NCBI RefSeq assembly: GCF_030144855.1
Contig: NC_082716.1
Span: 39,680,001-39,744,000 of the forward strand
Origin: Hypanus sabinus
Taxonomy: Eukaryota
Reading direction: 5' to 3'
Length of the DNA stretch: 64,000 bases
The notes under the pieces are model-generated. The model worked only from the letters and a program-made list of their open reading frames with translations, searched no databases and had not been told where the DNA came from. Shown piece by piece: positions 49,895-62,684 of this stretch (positions are counted from its first letter, which is position 1; the number at the start of each line of letters is the position of its first letter). A program made the translations under genes and the position numbers.

Positions 49895-50428
49895 TCGCTC
49901 ACCTTAATGGATACACCTGCACGTTATTGCAAATATCCAATCAGTCAATCAAGTGGCAGCAGCTCAATGCATAAAAGCATGCAGATATGATTAAGAGGTC
50001 CAGTTGTTCAGACCAAACATCGGAATGGGGAAGAAATGTGATTTTGATCAAGGAATGATTGGTGCCAAATGGAGTGGTTTGAGTATACCAAAAACTGCTG
50101 ATTTCTTGAGATTTTCGTGCACAACAATCTCCAGAGTTTACAGAGAATGGTGTGAAAAACAAAAAAAATCCAGTGAGTGGCAGTTCTGTGGACAAAAACA
50201 CCTTGTTAACGAGAGGTCAGAGAATGGCCAGACTGATTCAAACAGGCAAGTAGGTGACAGTAGCTCAAATAACCACGCATTATAGCAGTGGTTGTGCAGA
50301 AGAGCATCTCTAAGTGCACAGCACTTCAAACCTTGAAGGGGATGTGCTACAGCAGCAGAAGACCATATACATGCAGTCAATAGCTATTTTATTAGGATAA
50401 ATAGATACCTAATAAAGTAAGACTGTGT
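49895..50428 (+). mobile_element. Tc1-derived non-autonomous element
   Basis: Residual HTH coding (GLSIPKTADFLRFSCTTISRVYREW); boundaries approximate. Confidence 0.7.
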
Positions 50429-51283
50429 ACATACTAATTCTACTCATTAATGTATCGGATCTGCAGTAGGTCCAGCACTAATACCTCTATAGCTCCATTG
50501 TATGTTTTCCTTTATTTCAAAAACAACCTTTCATCACTGTTTCCTGTTACAGTTTGCTGAATGTGCTGCTAGAGCCCCATTTATTTCCTGTCCTTGTAAT
50601 GTCTTTTTCTTATTTGCCATGTCAGCTTTTATCATAATCTAAAACATTGAAGTTAGTTAGACATAAATTGCCTTATTCAAACCTATATCCTTCCAAGTAA
50701 CTGGTAGTTTTGCCCTAATTTATGCTTCTAAATTTTTCCCCACCATCTAATGTGTCACCAACTTGTCTCACATCACTGAATATCTCCCTACATCCTGTTT
50801 TGGAAGATCTGCAAGTTTCCATTCTTCAGGCACCAAGATTATGACTAGGGCCTCTGCAAGTTCCTCCCTTTTCTCCTCCAAAAGGCGAGATTACATATCG
50901 TTATGGACAAAGTAATTTATCCATCTAAATATAAAGAGGCTTCTAATATGGCTCTCAATATTCAGCTTAACAGAAATCTCTCTTGCATCATTAGAGATTC
51001 AGCTGCAGCAACTTTATCACACTTTTACCACTTACTGGGGATGAGCAGGCTTTCATAAGTTCTTGGCACAGAATATTATTCTACATATCTTGGTGTCTAT
51101 AAAGGATTACATTTTGAATTTGGAATTTTTACAAAAAGAATACTTTTTATCCAAAAAGCCTCTGTGCAACCTTTGCAATCTTTTTCAAATGTAGATGTCT
51201 GCTGTCTTCCTTTATGGTTGACTAATGAATTTTAGGTAATGAATAAGTATTTTTTGTATCCATTAAAATATTTCTTTCTACAG

Positions 51284-51356
51284 GTGGCAGGTACAGCGTG
51301 GGGTAGTAGTCATTCCCAAGAGTGTCAATGCAGAGCGAATTGCACAGAACATGCAG
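51284..51356 (+). CDS. AKR1A1: AKR1A1 exon 7 (73 bp; IPKS NADPH-binding motif)
   Basis: WQVQRGVVVIPKSVNAERIAQNMQ; AG/GT. Confidence 0.96.
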
Positions 51357-52265
51357 GTAACTTGATATTTAGCCGGTGTTAATACTGGGTGTCACTCATT
51401 ATTCCATGAGTAGTAAATATTAGGATTGAAAATCCAATGGTTTTAGAAAGTTTTTTTTTGTTTTTGACACCGTAATTCCCACTATCTTCTGAAAGTTGAT
51501 TAACAGTGAAAAGATCTATTCAGTTCTTGTTAATTGATTCATGCAGTGGAAATTTTAAAATCTTTATCTTTTGTAGCAACCAATTGTTTCCTCAATGATT
51601 TTGCTTTTTTCCAGAGTTCAATGAAGTATATCCAGTCTTTGCTCATGTGCCTATTAGTATATTAGTATCATAGCTTTACCTTTCACCTGTTTGAGCAAAT
51701 CTCTCTGGAAAACAAAATGATTTCTACTTATATATCACTTTTATCATTGTAATTCAATGCTCGCATTTGTTTCCTACTAACCAACCCCATTTTCCATCTG
51801 ACAAATGGTTACAACTGAAGCAGAACACATATTAAATAATCACTCTTAAATGCAATGGCTTGTTCTAGGTGTGTTTCTACTGTTCTATGTACCAAAGCTT
51901 CTGGCTACTTTCCTTGCACCTCAAGAGTGCTCTGGACTTAATCTGAGATGTCTCTAACCCTGGCACCTGGAAGGCAACATGCTACCTTGGAGTATCTTTG
52001 TCATCCACAGAAATGCCTGTCTGTTCCCCTAACTATTGCATTCTATATAACCACCATTCTCCTCTTCTCCTTTTTTCGCTTCTGAGCCACAGAGCCAGAT
52101 TCAGTGCCAGAGAGCTGGTTGCTCCAGTTTTTCCCTGGTCGGTCCTTTAAAAGTGGAGTTCCAATTTCATGAAAAGTTTTATTTATTTAGGAATCATTTT
52201 ATTCACTATTAACTGAGAAATCTTTGGTATGTTATTCTGATATGCTTTTCTCTGTCCTCACCCAG

Positions 52266-52352
52266 GTGTTTGATTTCACACTGACTGAAGATGAAATGAA
52301 AACAATTGGAAGTCTCAATAGAAACTACCGGTATATTGTTCCAAAGGTGAAG
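52266..52352 (+). CDS. AKR1A1: AKR1A1 exon 8 (87 bp)
   Basis: [29 protein letters not shown]; AG/GT. Confidence 0.96.
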
Positions 52353-52454
52353 GTAGGTGCTCATGGCCTTCACTCCACATTGACCCCAACAATTTCATTA
52401 TTCAAAATAGTCAAAGTCATCCTTAAATAATTCTTACTTTTTTGTTGTTAACAG

Positions 52455-52520
52455 GTTGGTGACAAATTTGTGGTGAGAGATGCACTGCATCCATATTACC
52501 CTTTCCATGATCCATATTAG
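52455..52520 (+). CDS. AKR1A1: AKR1A1 exon 9 (last coding exon, TAG stop)
   Basis: VGDKFVVRDALHPYYPFHDPY*; AKR1A-type extended C-terminal loop; total CDS 981 bp in frame. Confidence 0.96.
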   Translation, partial: VGDKFVVRDALHPYYPFHDPY

Positions 52521-52686
52521 TGATGGTGGGATGAGCCATTGCTGCCTCAGTTATTTGTTGTACCGTTTGGTAAACCAATTTTGCTTATAAAAAATTGAAT
52601 GTGTTTGCATCATATAGAAGAAACATGTAGTCACTCTTTAAGAGATTTGACTGCAAACAATTCATTCAAAAATGTAAATGTTTGGA

Positions 52687-52692
52687 AATAAA
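52687..52692 (+). terminator. Probable AKR1A1 polyadenylation signal
   Basis: First AATAAA after the stop, followed by a GT/T-rich stretch. Confidence 0.65.
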
Positions 52693-52989
52693 ATCAACTT
52701 TTGTACAAGTCAAGTCATGTGTTTATTGTCATGTGCACCATTACAAGGAACAGTACAATGAAAAACGTGAATGCTGTCAAGTCATAGGCACGTGTACAGA
52801 CTGTACAGCATATAAATTGTACCTTACTATGGTGGGAAACAAAACTGTGCAAAAGCAAGATTATGGAATATTTAAAAAATACCAGGACTCAATGGATTAC
52901 TTATACTTGAACTAATGCTTAAATTTGTCAGAGGAAGTGGTTCTATAGATAGGCACTTCCATTGGTCTAAAGCAGGTAACCTCAGAAGA

Positions 52990-53855
52990 CCATAAGATAT
53001 AGAAACATAGGAAACCTACAGCACCATACAGGCCCTTCGGCCCACGAAGTTGTGCCAATCTTGTACTTCCCTTAGAAATTACCTAGGGTTACCAATAGCC
53101 CTCTGTTTTTCTAAGCTCCATGTACCTATCCGGGACTCTTTTAAAAGACCCTATCGTATCCGCCTCCACCACTGCCACTGGCAGCCTGTTCCACGCACAT
53201 ACCACTGCATTTTTTTAAAAAACTTAGCTCTGGCATCTCCTCTGTACCTTCTTCCAAGAACGTTAAAACTGTGCTCTCTCGTGCTAGCCATTTCAGCCCT
53301 AAGGAACAGAAGTAGGCCATAGTGTCTTTTCCACCATTCAATCATGAGTTGATCCAATTCTTCCAGTCATCCCCACTCCCCTGCTTTCACCCCATACCCT
53401 TTGATGCCCTGGATAATCAAGAACCTATCTCTGCCTTAAATACATCCACTGATTTGGCCTCCACAGCCACTCGTGGCAACAAATTCCACAGATTTACCAC
53501 CCACAAAGTAATTTCTCCGCATCTCAGTTCTAAAAGGACATCCTTCAATCCTGAAGTCGTGCTTTCTTATCCTAGAATCCCCTACCATGGGAAATAACTT
53601 TGCCATATCTAATCTGTGTAGGCCTTTTAACATTCTGAATGTTTCTATGAGATTCCCCCCCACCCCCCCCCCATTCTCCTGAACTCCAAGGAATACAGCC
53701 CAAGACCTGCCAAATGTTCCTCATACGGTAACCCAATCATTCTTGTGAATCTTTTCTGGACCCTCTCTAATGTCGGTATATCCTTTCTAAAATAAAGAGC
53801 CCAAAGCTGCACATGCTGCTCCAAGTGTGGTCTCAAGTGCCTTATAGAACCTCAT
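52990..53855 (-). mobile_element. Two nested CR1 3' fragments
   Basis: VQKRFTRMI, LYSLEFRRM, LIETFRMLKG motifs and CR1 3' tails on the minus strand. Confidence 0.8.
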
Positions 53856-53864
53856 GGCATAATA

Positions 53865-54490
53865 ACTAAAAATGCCAGAAGCACTTAACAGATCAGGCAA
53901 CACCTAGCAGATCTGTGAAAAGATAAATTGTTAAGTTTTCATTTACAGGACCCTTCATCTAGGAAAGCAAATAAAACAAGTTTTCAGTATCAAAGAAGGT
54001 GAAGGAGGAATTGCGAGAAGAACATGTTATAATAAGGATAGAGCGAGTCCAGCAGGTGAGGTTACAAACACATCATGCTTTTTTTTTGTGTATTATTAAC
54101 AATGAGGCTATAGGACATGCTCAGAAAAAGCTTTATTCTATATGAATAGAATAAGAAAAACAGCCAATATGATGATGGACAGAAATGACCAATTTTAATA
54201 CACAAAAAAGTTGTAGAATTCAATATTAAATCATGAAGGTTGAAGTGTGCAGAAATGGAAGGTTAGATGGTGTTCCTAAAGCTAGCACAGGGCCTCATTT
54301 TAACAATGCAGGAGTCTAAAGACATAAAGGTCAGAGCTTAAATGGTACAGAGAAGTAAAGTGGCATGCAACTAGAGTTCAGAGTCACTTCTGAGGACTGA
54401 ATGCTAGAGGGCCGCAAAGTGATCACCCAGTCTAATTTGATTACTCAGCCCTAGGGGAGACCATATTCTGAACACCCTATGGAGTCCACT
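53865..54490 (-). mobile_element. Degenerate Penelope-like remnant
   Basis: Similar to the 28655-29235 and 45905-46500 copies in reverse orientation. Confidence 0.55.
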
Positions 54491-54837
54491 AGATCAGAAA
54501 TGGACTGCAAAGTAAACTACGAAAATTGGTTTTCGTAGTTTACGTAGTTTTCGTAGAAAACTGGAAAATGATAGCAATCATGACTGGCAAGGAATACAGC
54601 AGGATATAGATCAGTTGCAGATATAGGCAGAGAAATGGCAGATTGAGCTTAACTGAGCCAAATGTTAAGTGATGCACCCTGGTAAATCAAATGTAAAGGG
54701 ACAGTACATTGTTAAGGACGAGACTCTTGACAAAGTTAGTGAGCAGAAAGATCACGGGGTCCAAGTTCATAACTCCCTGAAAGTGGCTTCGCAGGTTGAT
54801 AGGATAGTTATGATGGCATTTGGTATGTTTGCCTTTA

Positions 54838-55598
54838 CAAACATCCCACCCTGCAAAAACTCATTTCAGGGAGGTAGCACCCCTGCCCACACAACCCCAT
54901 ATCCCCCCACCCCCCCAGTCGACCTCCAAGGTGTATGTAATACTTTGTTTAGTGATTTTGTCTAATCTAACACAAGTTGGGTATATGCAGAAAATGTGAC
55001 ATTAAAATATGTACTTATATTATCATGGAGTCGTTTTTTTTATTCTATTACAACTTTAAGCAAGTCTACAGGGAGTTTGGCCTCATCACATAGGACATCA
55101 ATAGAGTAGCTCCTTAGCAGCTAGCCAACTAGTTTAAATAATGTTAGCTATGCTAATGAACATATTGCACCTGTTCAACTCACCTCAACATGTCTTTTCC
55201 AGTCATTTAACCCACCATGGGCAATAGAAAAGTCACTGTTGCAAACAGTGCAGCAAACAACACTGTCATTATTTTTGACCCTATAGGCAGGAGTATACTT
55301 TAGTGTAGTCTGGGGTGAAGTATGTTTTATATTTTTTTTAACACTATGCCATGGCGCAGCAGGACACTAAACTGAATTTATAGACAATGAAAGAGAGAGG
55401 TCGACCATAAAGCCCACCCACAGAGAAAACTGATAGGTCTACTTAGCACGAAGAGAGACCAATCAGGATGCTCCCTCTCGCTCTAGCTCTTCCTCTCAAA
55501 AAAATCGATTTCTGGGATATTCTATATAATTTGCAGGTGACAGGGAGCCGCTATCAATATAAAGACTCCTAGAACTTCCGGGAGAGGTGGGATGTCTG
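54838..55598. mobile_element. hAT-like MITE
   Basis: TIRs CAAACATCCCACC…GGTGGGATGTCTG; imperfect duplicated target (ccttta/cctcta). Confidence 0.7.
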
Positions 55599-56260
55599 CC
55601 TCTATTAGTCAAGGAATTCAGTTCAAAAATGATGTTGTAGCTTTATAAACATTAGGCCACATCTGAAGTATTGTATACAGTTCCAGTCACCCCATTATAG
55701 GAAAGATGTCGAGGCTTTGAAGAGGATGTAGAAGAAGTTTATCTGGATGTTGCCTAGATTAGAGGGCATGTGGTATAACAAGAGGTTGGACAAACTTAAG
55801 TTTGCTTTCTCTGGAGCAGCACAGGCTGAGGGGAGATCTAGTAGATAGTTATAAGATTATCAGAGGAATAGATAGAGTAGTCAAACAGTATCTTTTTCCC
55901 TGGGTTGAAATGTCTAATGCTTTGAAGGTGAGAAGGAGTAATTTCAAAGGAGCTATGAGCAATGTTCCCTCCAAATTGGAATGACTAACGTGTGCAAAAA
56001 TCTTGCACTGTGCAATTTTTTGCCCAGTGACGGCACCATGTGCACACTGAATAATTTCTTCAATAAAAACTGTAGAAATAAGCCAGTTCTAAAATATGCA
56101 GACAAATGATTGCAAATTCCACATCGTCAACACTCTGTACCAGAAACCAGAAAAGGAAATGTGACTGTATGATCGTGAAATATACTGAACGTGCTAATGA
56201 GGTAGAGGGTGACAACTTTTTGTGCACAGTTTAAATTCCTTTGTGCTCCGGTAGCAAAAG

Positions 56261-56286
56261 GTGTGTGTGTGTGTGTGTGTGTGTGT
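56261..56286. repeat. (GT)n microsatellite
   Basis: Direct inspection. Confidence 0.95.
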
Positions 56287-57781
56287 ATACACCTGAGACA
56301 GCTTTGGGTATGAGGAGTAAGTTTTTTGCACAGTGGTAGGTGCCTGGAATGTGCTGCCTCTGGTGTTGGTAGAGGCAAAAACATTGAGGATTTTAAAGAA
56401 ATGTCCAGATAGGCACACAAATGTGAGGAAAATGGACATTGTGTCGGAACAAGGGATTCATTGTTTTGGCCATTTCATTAGTAATTTATTTGGTTCTGCA
56501 CAACTTTGTGGGCTGAAGGCTCTGTTCCTGTGTTGTACTGTTCTATATTTGAAGTGCTATGTCACTGGAAGGGCTGCTTGGGTCCCTGGATGGTTGGAAA
56601 GTCTTTATTTTAGATTTCCATTATCTACAGTATTTTGGTTTTCATTTTCAGTCAAAATTAATTTTCAGTCCATGCAGGATCAAATAATCCTTGGGCTGGA
56701 GAGAAACAGCATACATAGCATCCTTTACATATTTTTCGAGCAATTTTGTTCTGAAGTCTTCTGTCTTGTTCTGCAGTTATCGTACATTGGCCAAAAGGAT
56801 GCTGGGGAGGGGTGGGGTCGTGGTCTTCACCCCTATGGTTCAGCTGGAACAAGCTGAAGAAGATGGTGGGGAGACAGACAATGTTTAAAAGCATTTGGAC
56901 AAATTCTTGTATAGGAAAGAAGTAGAGGGATACAAGGCCTGACACGGCCAAGGGGGTCTAATGTAAACAAGCATTAAGGTTGGCATGGGCAAAGTGGGCC
57001 GTAAGGGCCTGTTTCTGTTGTTTTTTGGCCATTTCTGTGAACACACCATGCCGTAGGATTTTGCAGTCATTCAACATCAAACTCCCTTTAAAGTAATTGA
57101 AGTCCCATCTTCATGTATTATTGGATTTTCAAATTATTGGGTTTGTTGGAAAATTTATACTACAATGTAAATGCTAATTAAAAACCCGAATTTAAAGTGT
57201 GTTGGAATACTAATTAAAATAATATGGAAAATCAGCCAGTCCGACATTACCAACATCCTGAGCATGCACATTAAGCCGTAATAAATTCAGCAGTCCCAGT
57301 ATGCTACTTTTTTCAAAATTAGTCAATCTCTAACCTTCCTTCTTTCAAGTGTTTACCACATCCAATATCTTACATTCTACCCCTACAACTAATGTTCACA
57401 ATCTACTTAATGAAAAAATTCTCACGGAATTCATTCCACCATGGTCATTATAAGATCTTCAGTGCTACTTCCTAAAAAGACAGTAAACTGGCACCAGGTT
57501 GATGTAATAAAAGTCAGACCATCTGGTAGCAAAGGAACACCAATATTCATGCCCATTATACCCAACTTCATGTACAGAAATATACAACAAAACACTGCAA
57601 GTACAGGAACCTGAAATAAAATGCAAAACTCAGTAGGTCGGACAGATCAGAGGAAAAAACATTTAGAAGTTTTCAAGAACCCAAGTTCTTCTTTCAATAG
57701 AGGCAGCTCACAATTCTAAGTACTTTCAACATTTTCCTTTCATAAATTACATTTGGGATCCCGGGGCTTTACATTCTATAC

Positions 57782-59960
57782 CAGTGGTTTCCAAAGTTAG
57801 TGGTATCACTTCCTGAAGGTGGTGGGAGTTTCTAAATCAGCGATAATGATAAGAGGGGGTGAGGTTGGGGACTCTCAGTAGCAAGGTGTGTAGCTAAGGG
57901 ATTATTGGTTTAAGAAGTGAATTACTTATTATAAGCATTGATCTTCAATGATCAGTAATCACCTCATCTCTTGCTAACCCATTATTCTCTTAGACTTTGC
58001 TTAAAGTGCATTATAGTTGTTGAAAAGCAATATGACACTTCTGTAATTGGCATATCATGAAAAATCTGGACTGAAGAAATTGAATTGTTTCTGGGCCCAG
58101 CACACTCATTTTTGTAGCCCACTACTGTAGTACAATGTTAGCAATATGATCCCTGTACTCTAATCATGCAGTGGCACAATTTCTGTGAAATAGGGTATGG
58201 TGTTTAATGGGGTAAAGTTCACAATCTGCCCTTTTGAATGGCCTTCACAGTATTTCTCTAGCCCACAGCCCAATTGAGATATTGCTGTCCACTTTTATGT
58301 AGCTTCAGGCAGAAAGTAAGGTTTTGCCTGAGTGATGATGACATCATAAATAGTCCGACTTGTTGATCGCAGCACTTGAGATTGGACTTTAACAATAGGT
58401 GGTTGATTGTGGTCATTAATCCATAACAAAAATTGCAGCAGCAGACCAAATTAAAAAGAAGAGTAGACAGCATCATGTGGAGTACCTGAAATATGGATTT
58501 ACAGCAACACCAAGCAACCAAAGGCAGCAAATGTATCTGTTGTGTGAAAAAGTGATTTCAAATGAGGCAGTGCAACCATCCATGCTCCACAAACACTTGA
58601 AAATAATCCACTCTGATAAAACAAACAAAAACAAAAAGTACTTTGCTGATTGTCAGTCACTGTTTGAAACCTTCCGTAAAACACAAAAGACCTCAAAATA
58701 TATTTGCCAGCACTTCATGACATAGTGATGCTTTGCATACTTCATACAGCATTTCATTGCTCATATCTGAATCTGGAAAACACCGTACAATTGGAGAATA
58801 ATTGATTCTGCCAGCAGTAAGGGAGGTTCTGAGTATGGTTTTCCATAGGTCACCAAACCAAATAATTAAAGAGATAGCATAAAATAACAACTCTGTTCAA
58901 AGGTGAATAGGTGAAATATCAGAGAATGGGGAAGGCATATTGTGCAACATAATTGGGAATTTACTCTGGAGTTGGAGGAGTCCACTTTGTTTCTTGGTTA
59001 TGCTTGCTTCATCCCAGACAAAATCTTGTCGCAAAAAATCTAAGTGATCAGCTGCACCAATCATTAAAAACAGGTTTCCCCCGCTATCCGAAAGTAGAGC
59101 ATTCCTATGAAACCTTTCATAAGCCAAAATGGTGTAAAGCAAAGAAGCAGTTATCATTAATTTATATGGGAGAAATTTTTGAGCGTTCCCTGACCCAAAA
59201 AATAACCTACCAAATCAAACCAAATAGCACATAAAACCTAAAATAACACTAACATATAGTAAAAGCAGGAATGATATGATAAATATATAACCTATATAAA
59301 GTAGAAATAATCTATGTACAGTGTAGTTTAATTTACCAGAATTGGGAAGATTCGGCCAAAAACCGATTTGTAGAAAAAAAAATCAGCACGTTCATATTCC
59401 TGAACACTTGTAATGAGGAATTAGCAGGGAGGATGAAGGAAGAACTGATCTCGCTACAAAATGACTTTGAACTGAAGCTGAGGTTGAAAAACTCCTACCA
59501 AGACTTTTGGTTGCAGAAAGAAATGATCTTGCACTGTGGAAGAATATCAAGATGTTCTTTATTGCCTGTCTAACGTGATATTTAGTGGAATATAATTTTA
59601 AATTCAGTTGCACAACTCCTTTCAAAGCAATAAAAGAGACTGCAAGTTACAGTACTGGATTTGGGGGATCTAAGGCCAAGCCCATCCTTCTCATTGAAAG
59701 GTGAGAAAGCAATGAAGTAGCGAATAGCTAAATTGCTGATGAAAATTGTTTTTACTGTAATTAAATGTTATTTGCAGCTTTAAATAAATGTAAATAATTC
59801 TTGTAAGTATTTGTCACCACTTTTGGGTTTGCAGTTCCTAGTTTGTTTCACTGTTAATCAATTCTGCTTAGTTTTTATGTAATGGCCAGATTGCGGGGGG
59901 GCGCTGTGTATATGGTCTAGGAGTCAAGAGGGTAACTCAAAAAGGTTTTGGAATCTATAC
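57782..59960 (+). mobile_element. Decayed hAT Charlie/Buster-type transposon with a nested Tigger fragment (~59071-59395)
   Basis: YLKYGF…LLCEKVISNEA.QPS.L.KHL and SGK..TIGE.LILPA (SCAND3/ZBED5-like); CAGTGGTTTCCAAA 5' end; CAGGTTTCCCCCGCTATCCG Tigger-type end at 59071. Confidence 0.7.
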
Positions 59961-60379
59961 CGATGCTCTTTACCTAGGATGCTGTTAAAAGGAAGTTTTC
60001 ATTTGCACCAGTGTGTACTGTACACGTACTTACGCATGTGACAATAAATTCGACTTTGTCTTTTTTATTATTTATTTCCAGCATCTTTAGCTCCACTCTC
60101 TTAAGATTCTTTTTGCTTATTTATTTATAGAATATTTCTTGGTTTTATATCTTGACTTTACTAACCAATCATTGTTAATAATTTTATCATCCTATTTTTT
60201 TTTCTCTTTGCATCTACGTCTCTCATTTTCGTTTTTACTTCCACAAGTAACTTTGGCATCATTGCCGCAGCCCTATTTAACAAAAGCAATATCCTATTCT
60301 GAAGACAATGAAGAGATTATTCCTAGTTTTGCTGCCATGTTATAACAGCGAAGGTTTCAGAGTCTGAATAAATGAACCT

Positions 60380-60626
60380 CGAGGGTTAATTTTCCCGCCA
60401 GTCGCGCCGAGGTGAAAGGTAACCGGAAGTGACGTTGTGGGGTAAATAAAAAGCGGGAACAAGAGCCCTTTTTTTCGCTGCCATATTTTAAACTGAAGCG
60501 GTTAGAAATCCAGTGAAATATTCGGAGTAGTTTGTTGGCTCGGTACATATTCTTCCTGTTCGGCTCCTGCGAGTCCGTTTTAATTTATAGGCGGCAAGCG
60601 AACAGGATCCTGAGGGAGCGTTTGAA
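60380..60626 (+). promoter_or_regulatory. CpG-island promoter with E2F, ETS-CRE and CHR-like motifs
   Basis: TTTTCCCGCC 60390-60399; CCGGAAGTGACG 60423-60434; GCGGGAA 60453-60459; TTTGAA 60621-60626. Confidence 0.75.
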
Positions 60627-60682
60627 ATGGCGGATCAGGAACCGAGCGCCTCCACGTCCAGCATCGCAGGCAGTGCCGAGGG
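60627..60682 (+). CDS. NASP: First coding exon of the next gene, probably histone chaperone NASP
   Basis: AAATGG start, MADQEPSASTSSIAGSAEG, phase-2 donor GG|GTGAGT; identity inferred from PRDX1-AKR1A1-NASP synteny and the S-phase-type promoter, not from strong sequence similarity. Confidence 0.6.
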
Positions 60683-61465
60683 GTGAGTGAAGGGGGAGCA
60701 CCCGCAGCCCTGCCTCGCTTTATCGGTGCCGGCGCCACGGTCACCGTTCGGACAGCAGTCCGCTAAATGCAACGCTTCTGCTGGGCTGCCGCATTGTACA
60801 AGTCCCCGTTTATTATCCGTGCCCTCCCACTTTCATTCCGGATGACCGACACTTTCTTCTTTTGCCTGGAAAACGCATCCTGGTTATCGTTTCACTAGCC
60901 GCGGTGTAATCTCGTAAACTTAAAAAAAATGGGTTCGCGGAAGTTGGCGTGATACTGTTTCGGGCGACTGGTAACGATTATTCCGAACATTCAAATCGTG
61001 AGCAAAGGAATTGTTAGCATTTGCGCTTGAAAGTTTTTTTCCCCTCGTGAAACTGGCAGTTGAATCCGCTCTAAGTTTGATTGGTTGCATCTGTGAGTGA
61101 TCCAATATGGATATTGTAGTTTCTGACCAAGGCGAAGCAATACCATCGTGCAATTCAGATTAATTTTGAACACTGCCTTCGGTATGCCTCTACAGGTTCT
61201 GATATGTGGCTTTGCAGTCTTTAAAAAAAACAGCGAGACTTAAAATTCCAATTCCCCAATATCCTTAATACCGAAGTCTGAATTGGTGACTGGTTCTGAT
61301 GTAAGGTCTTATCTCAAAGCATCGGTGGTACTTTCCTTCCCACGTCTGTCGAATCATTTTCTCCAGCTGTTTGTTTTGCTGTCGATTCCAACATCTGCAT
61401 TTTCCAAAGTTACTGTAGCAATATTTAGTGGTTGAGGTTTCACAAAGATAATACATTTTCTTTTA

Positions 61466-62684
61466 CAGTTGCAAGAAAAAGTTTGAACACTTTTGCAACT
61501 TCCTGGTTTTCTGCATTAATTGCTCATAAAATGTAGTCTGTTCTTTATCTAAGTCACAATAATACACACAATCTGCCTGCTAATGATATGCAAACATTAG
61601 AAATTCAGTACTGTTGCTACCCTGCAAAAATCACATCAAGAGCACAATGAAGGAGTTCAAAACAACCCAAGGGTAACAACAAAAGACCTGCAGAAATCTC
61701 TAGAACTTGATAGTCTCTGTTCATGTGTCCACTATAAGAAAAACATTGAACAAGAATGGTGTTCATGGAATGACACCATGGAAAAAACCACTGCCCTCCC
61801 TTTTTAAAAAAAACACACACATTGCTGTGCATCTGAAGTTTGCAAAAGACTACCTGGATGTTCCATAATGCTTCTGGAACAATGTTCTCTGGACAGGTGA
61901 AGTAAAAGTTGCACTTTTTGGCAGAAATGTACACTGCTATGCTTGGAGGAATAAGGGCGCTGCAGACCAACACCAAAAGCTCATCCCTACTGTGAAGCAT
62001 AGTGGAAGGAGCATCATGGTTTGGGGCTGCATTGCTGCCTCGGGGCCTGGGCTGCTTGCAGTTGTTGAGGAAACAATGAATTCAATTTTATATCGACAGG
62101 AGAGTGTCAGGGTAGTGGTCTGTCGTCTGAAGCTTAATAGAAGTTGAGTGATATAACAAGACAAAGATGCAAAACACACGAGTAAATCAACAACGGAATA
62201 ATTTTTTTTTAAAATTTGGAATGGTTTGGACCTTAACCCAATTGAGATGCTTTGGCATGGGCTGAAGAGGGCGGTTTATGCAAGGTATCCCAGAAATATT
62301 GATGAATTGAAACAGGAGGAATGCAGGAAGAAAATTTCTTCCTTGCCATTGTGAAAGTCTGATCAGCAGCTACACAAAATGTTTGGAGGTTATTGCTGCT
62401 AACAAAAGAATCTCAGGGTTGTAGGTTGTATGTGGTGCCATGCATGTATTCCGATAATAAATTTTACTTTAGAGGAGGTTCTGCCAGTTATTAAATACAA
62501 GCGTTAATTCTACTTCTAGCCTGGACTGAATGAATAAATATGTTCAATAAAGACGTGAAAAGTACAGTTATTTTTGTGTTTGTTTAGGCAGATTGTGTTT
62601 GTCTATTAGTCAGACCACATTTTGAGTAATTAATGCAGAAAACCAGGTAATTGCAAATGGTTCACAAACTTTTTCTTGCAACTA
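61466..62684 (+). mobile_element. Tc1 transposon, internally deleted and decayed
   Basis: TA|CAGTTGCAAGAAAAAGTTTG…CAAACTTTTTCTTGCAACTA|TA; KHSGRSIMVWGC and DLNPIEMLW motifs. Confidence 0.88.

Larger units (their letters stand above)
54570..56550 (+). mobile_element. CR1 3' fragment split by two DNA-transposon-like inserts
   Basis: WAEKWQ.E, SLKVASQVDR, LFSLEQ.RLRGDL motifs; CR1 tail ~56500-56550; inserts at 54838-55598 and ~55958-56290. Confidence 0.75.
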
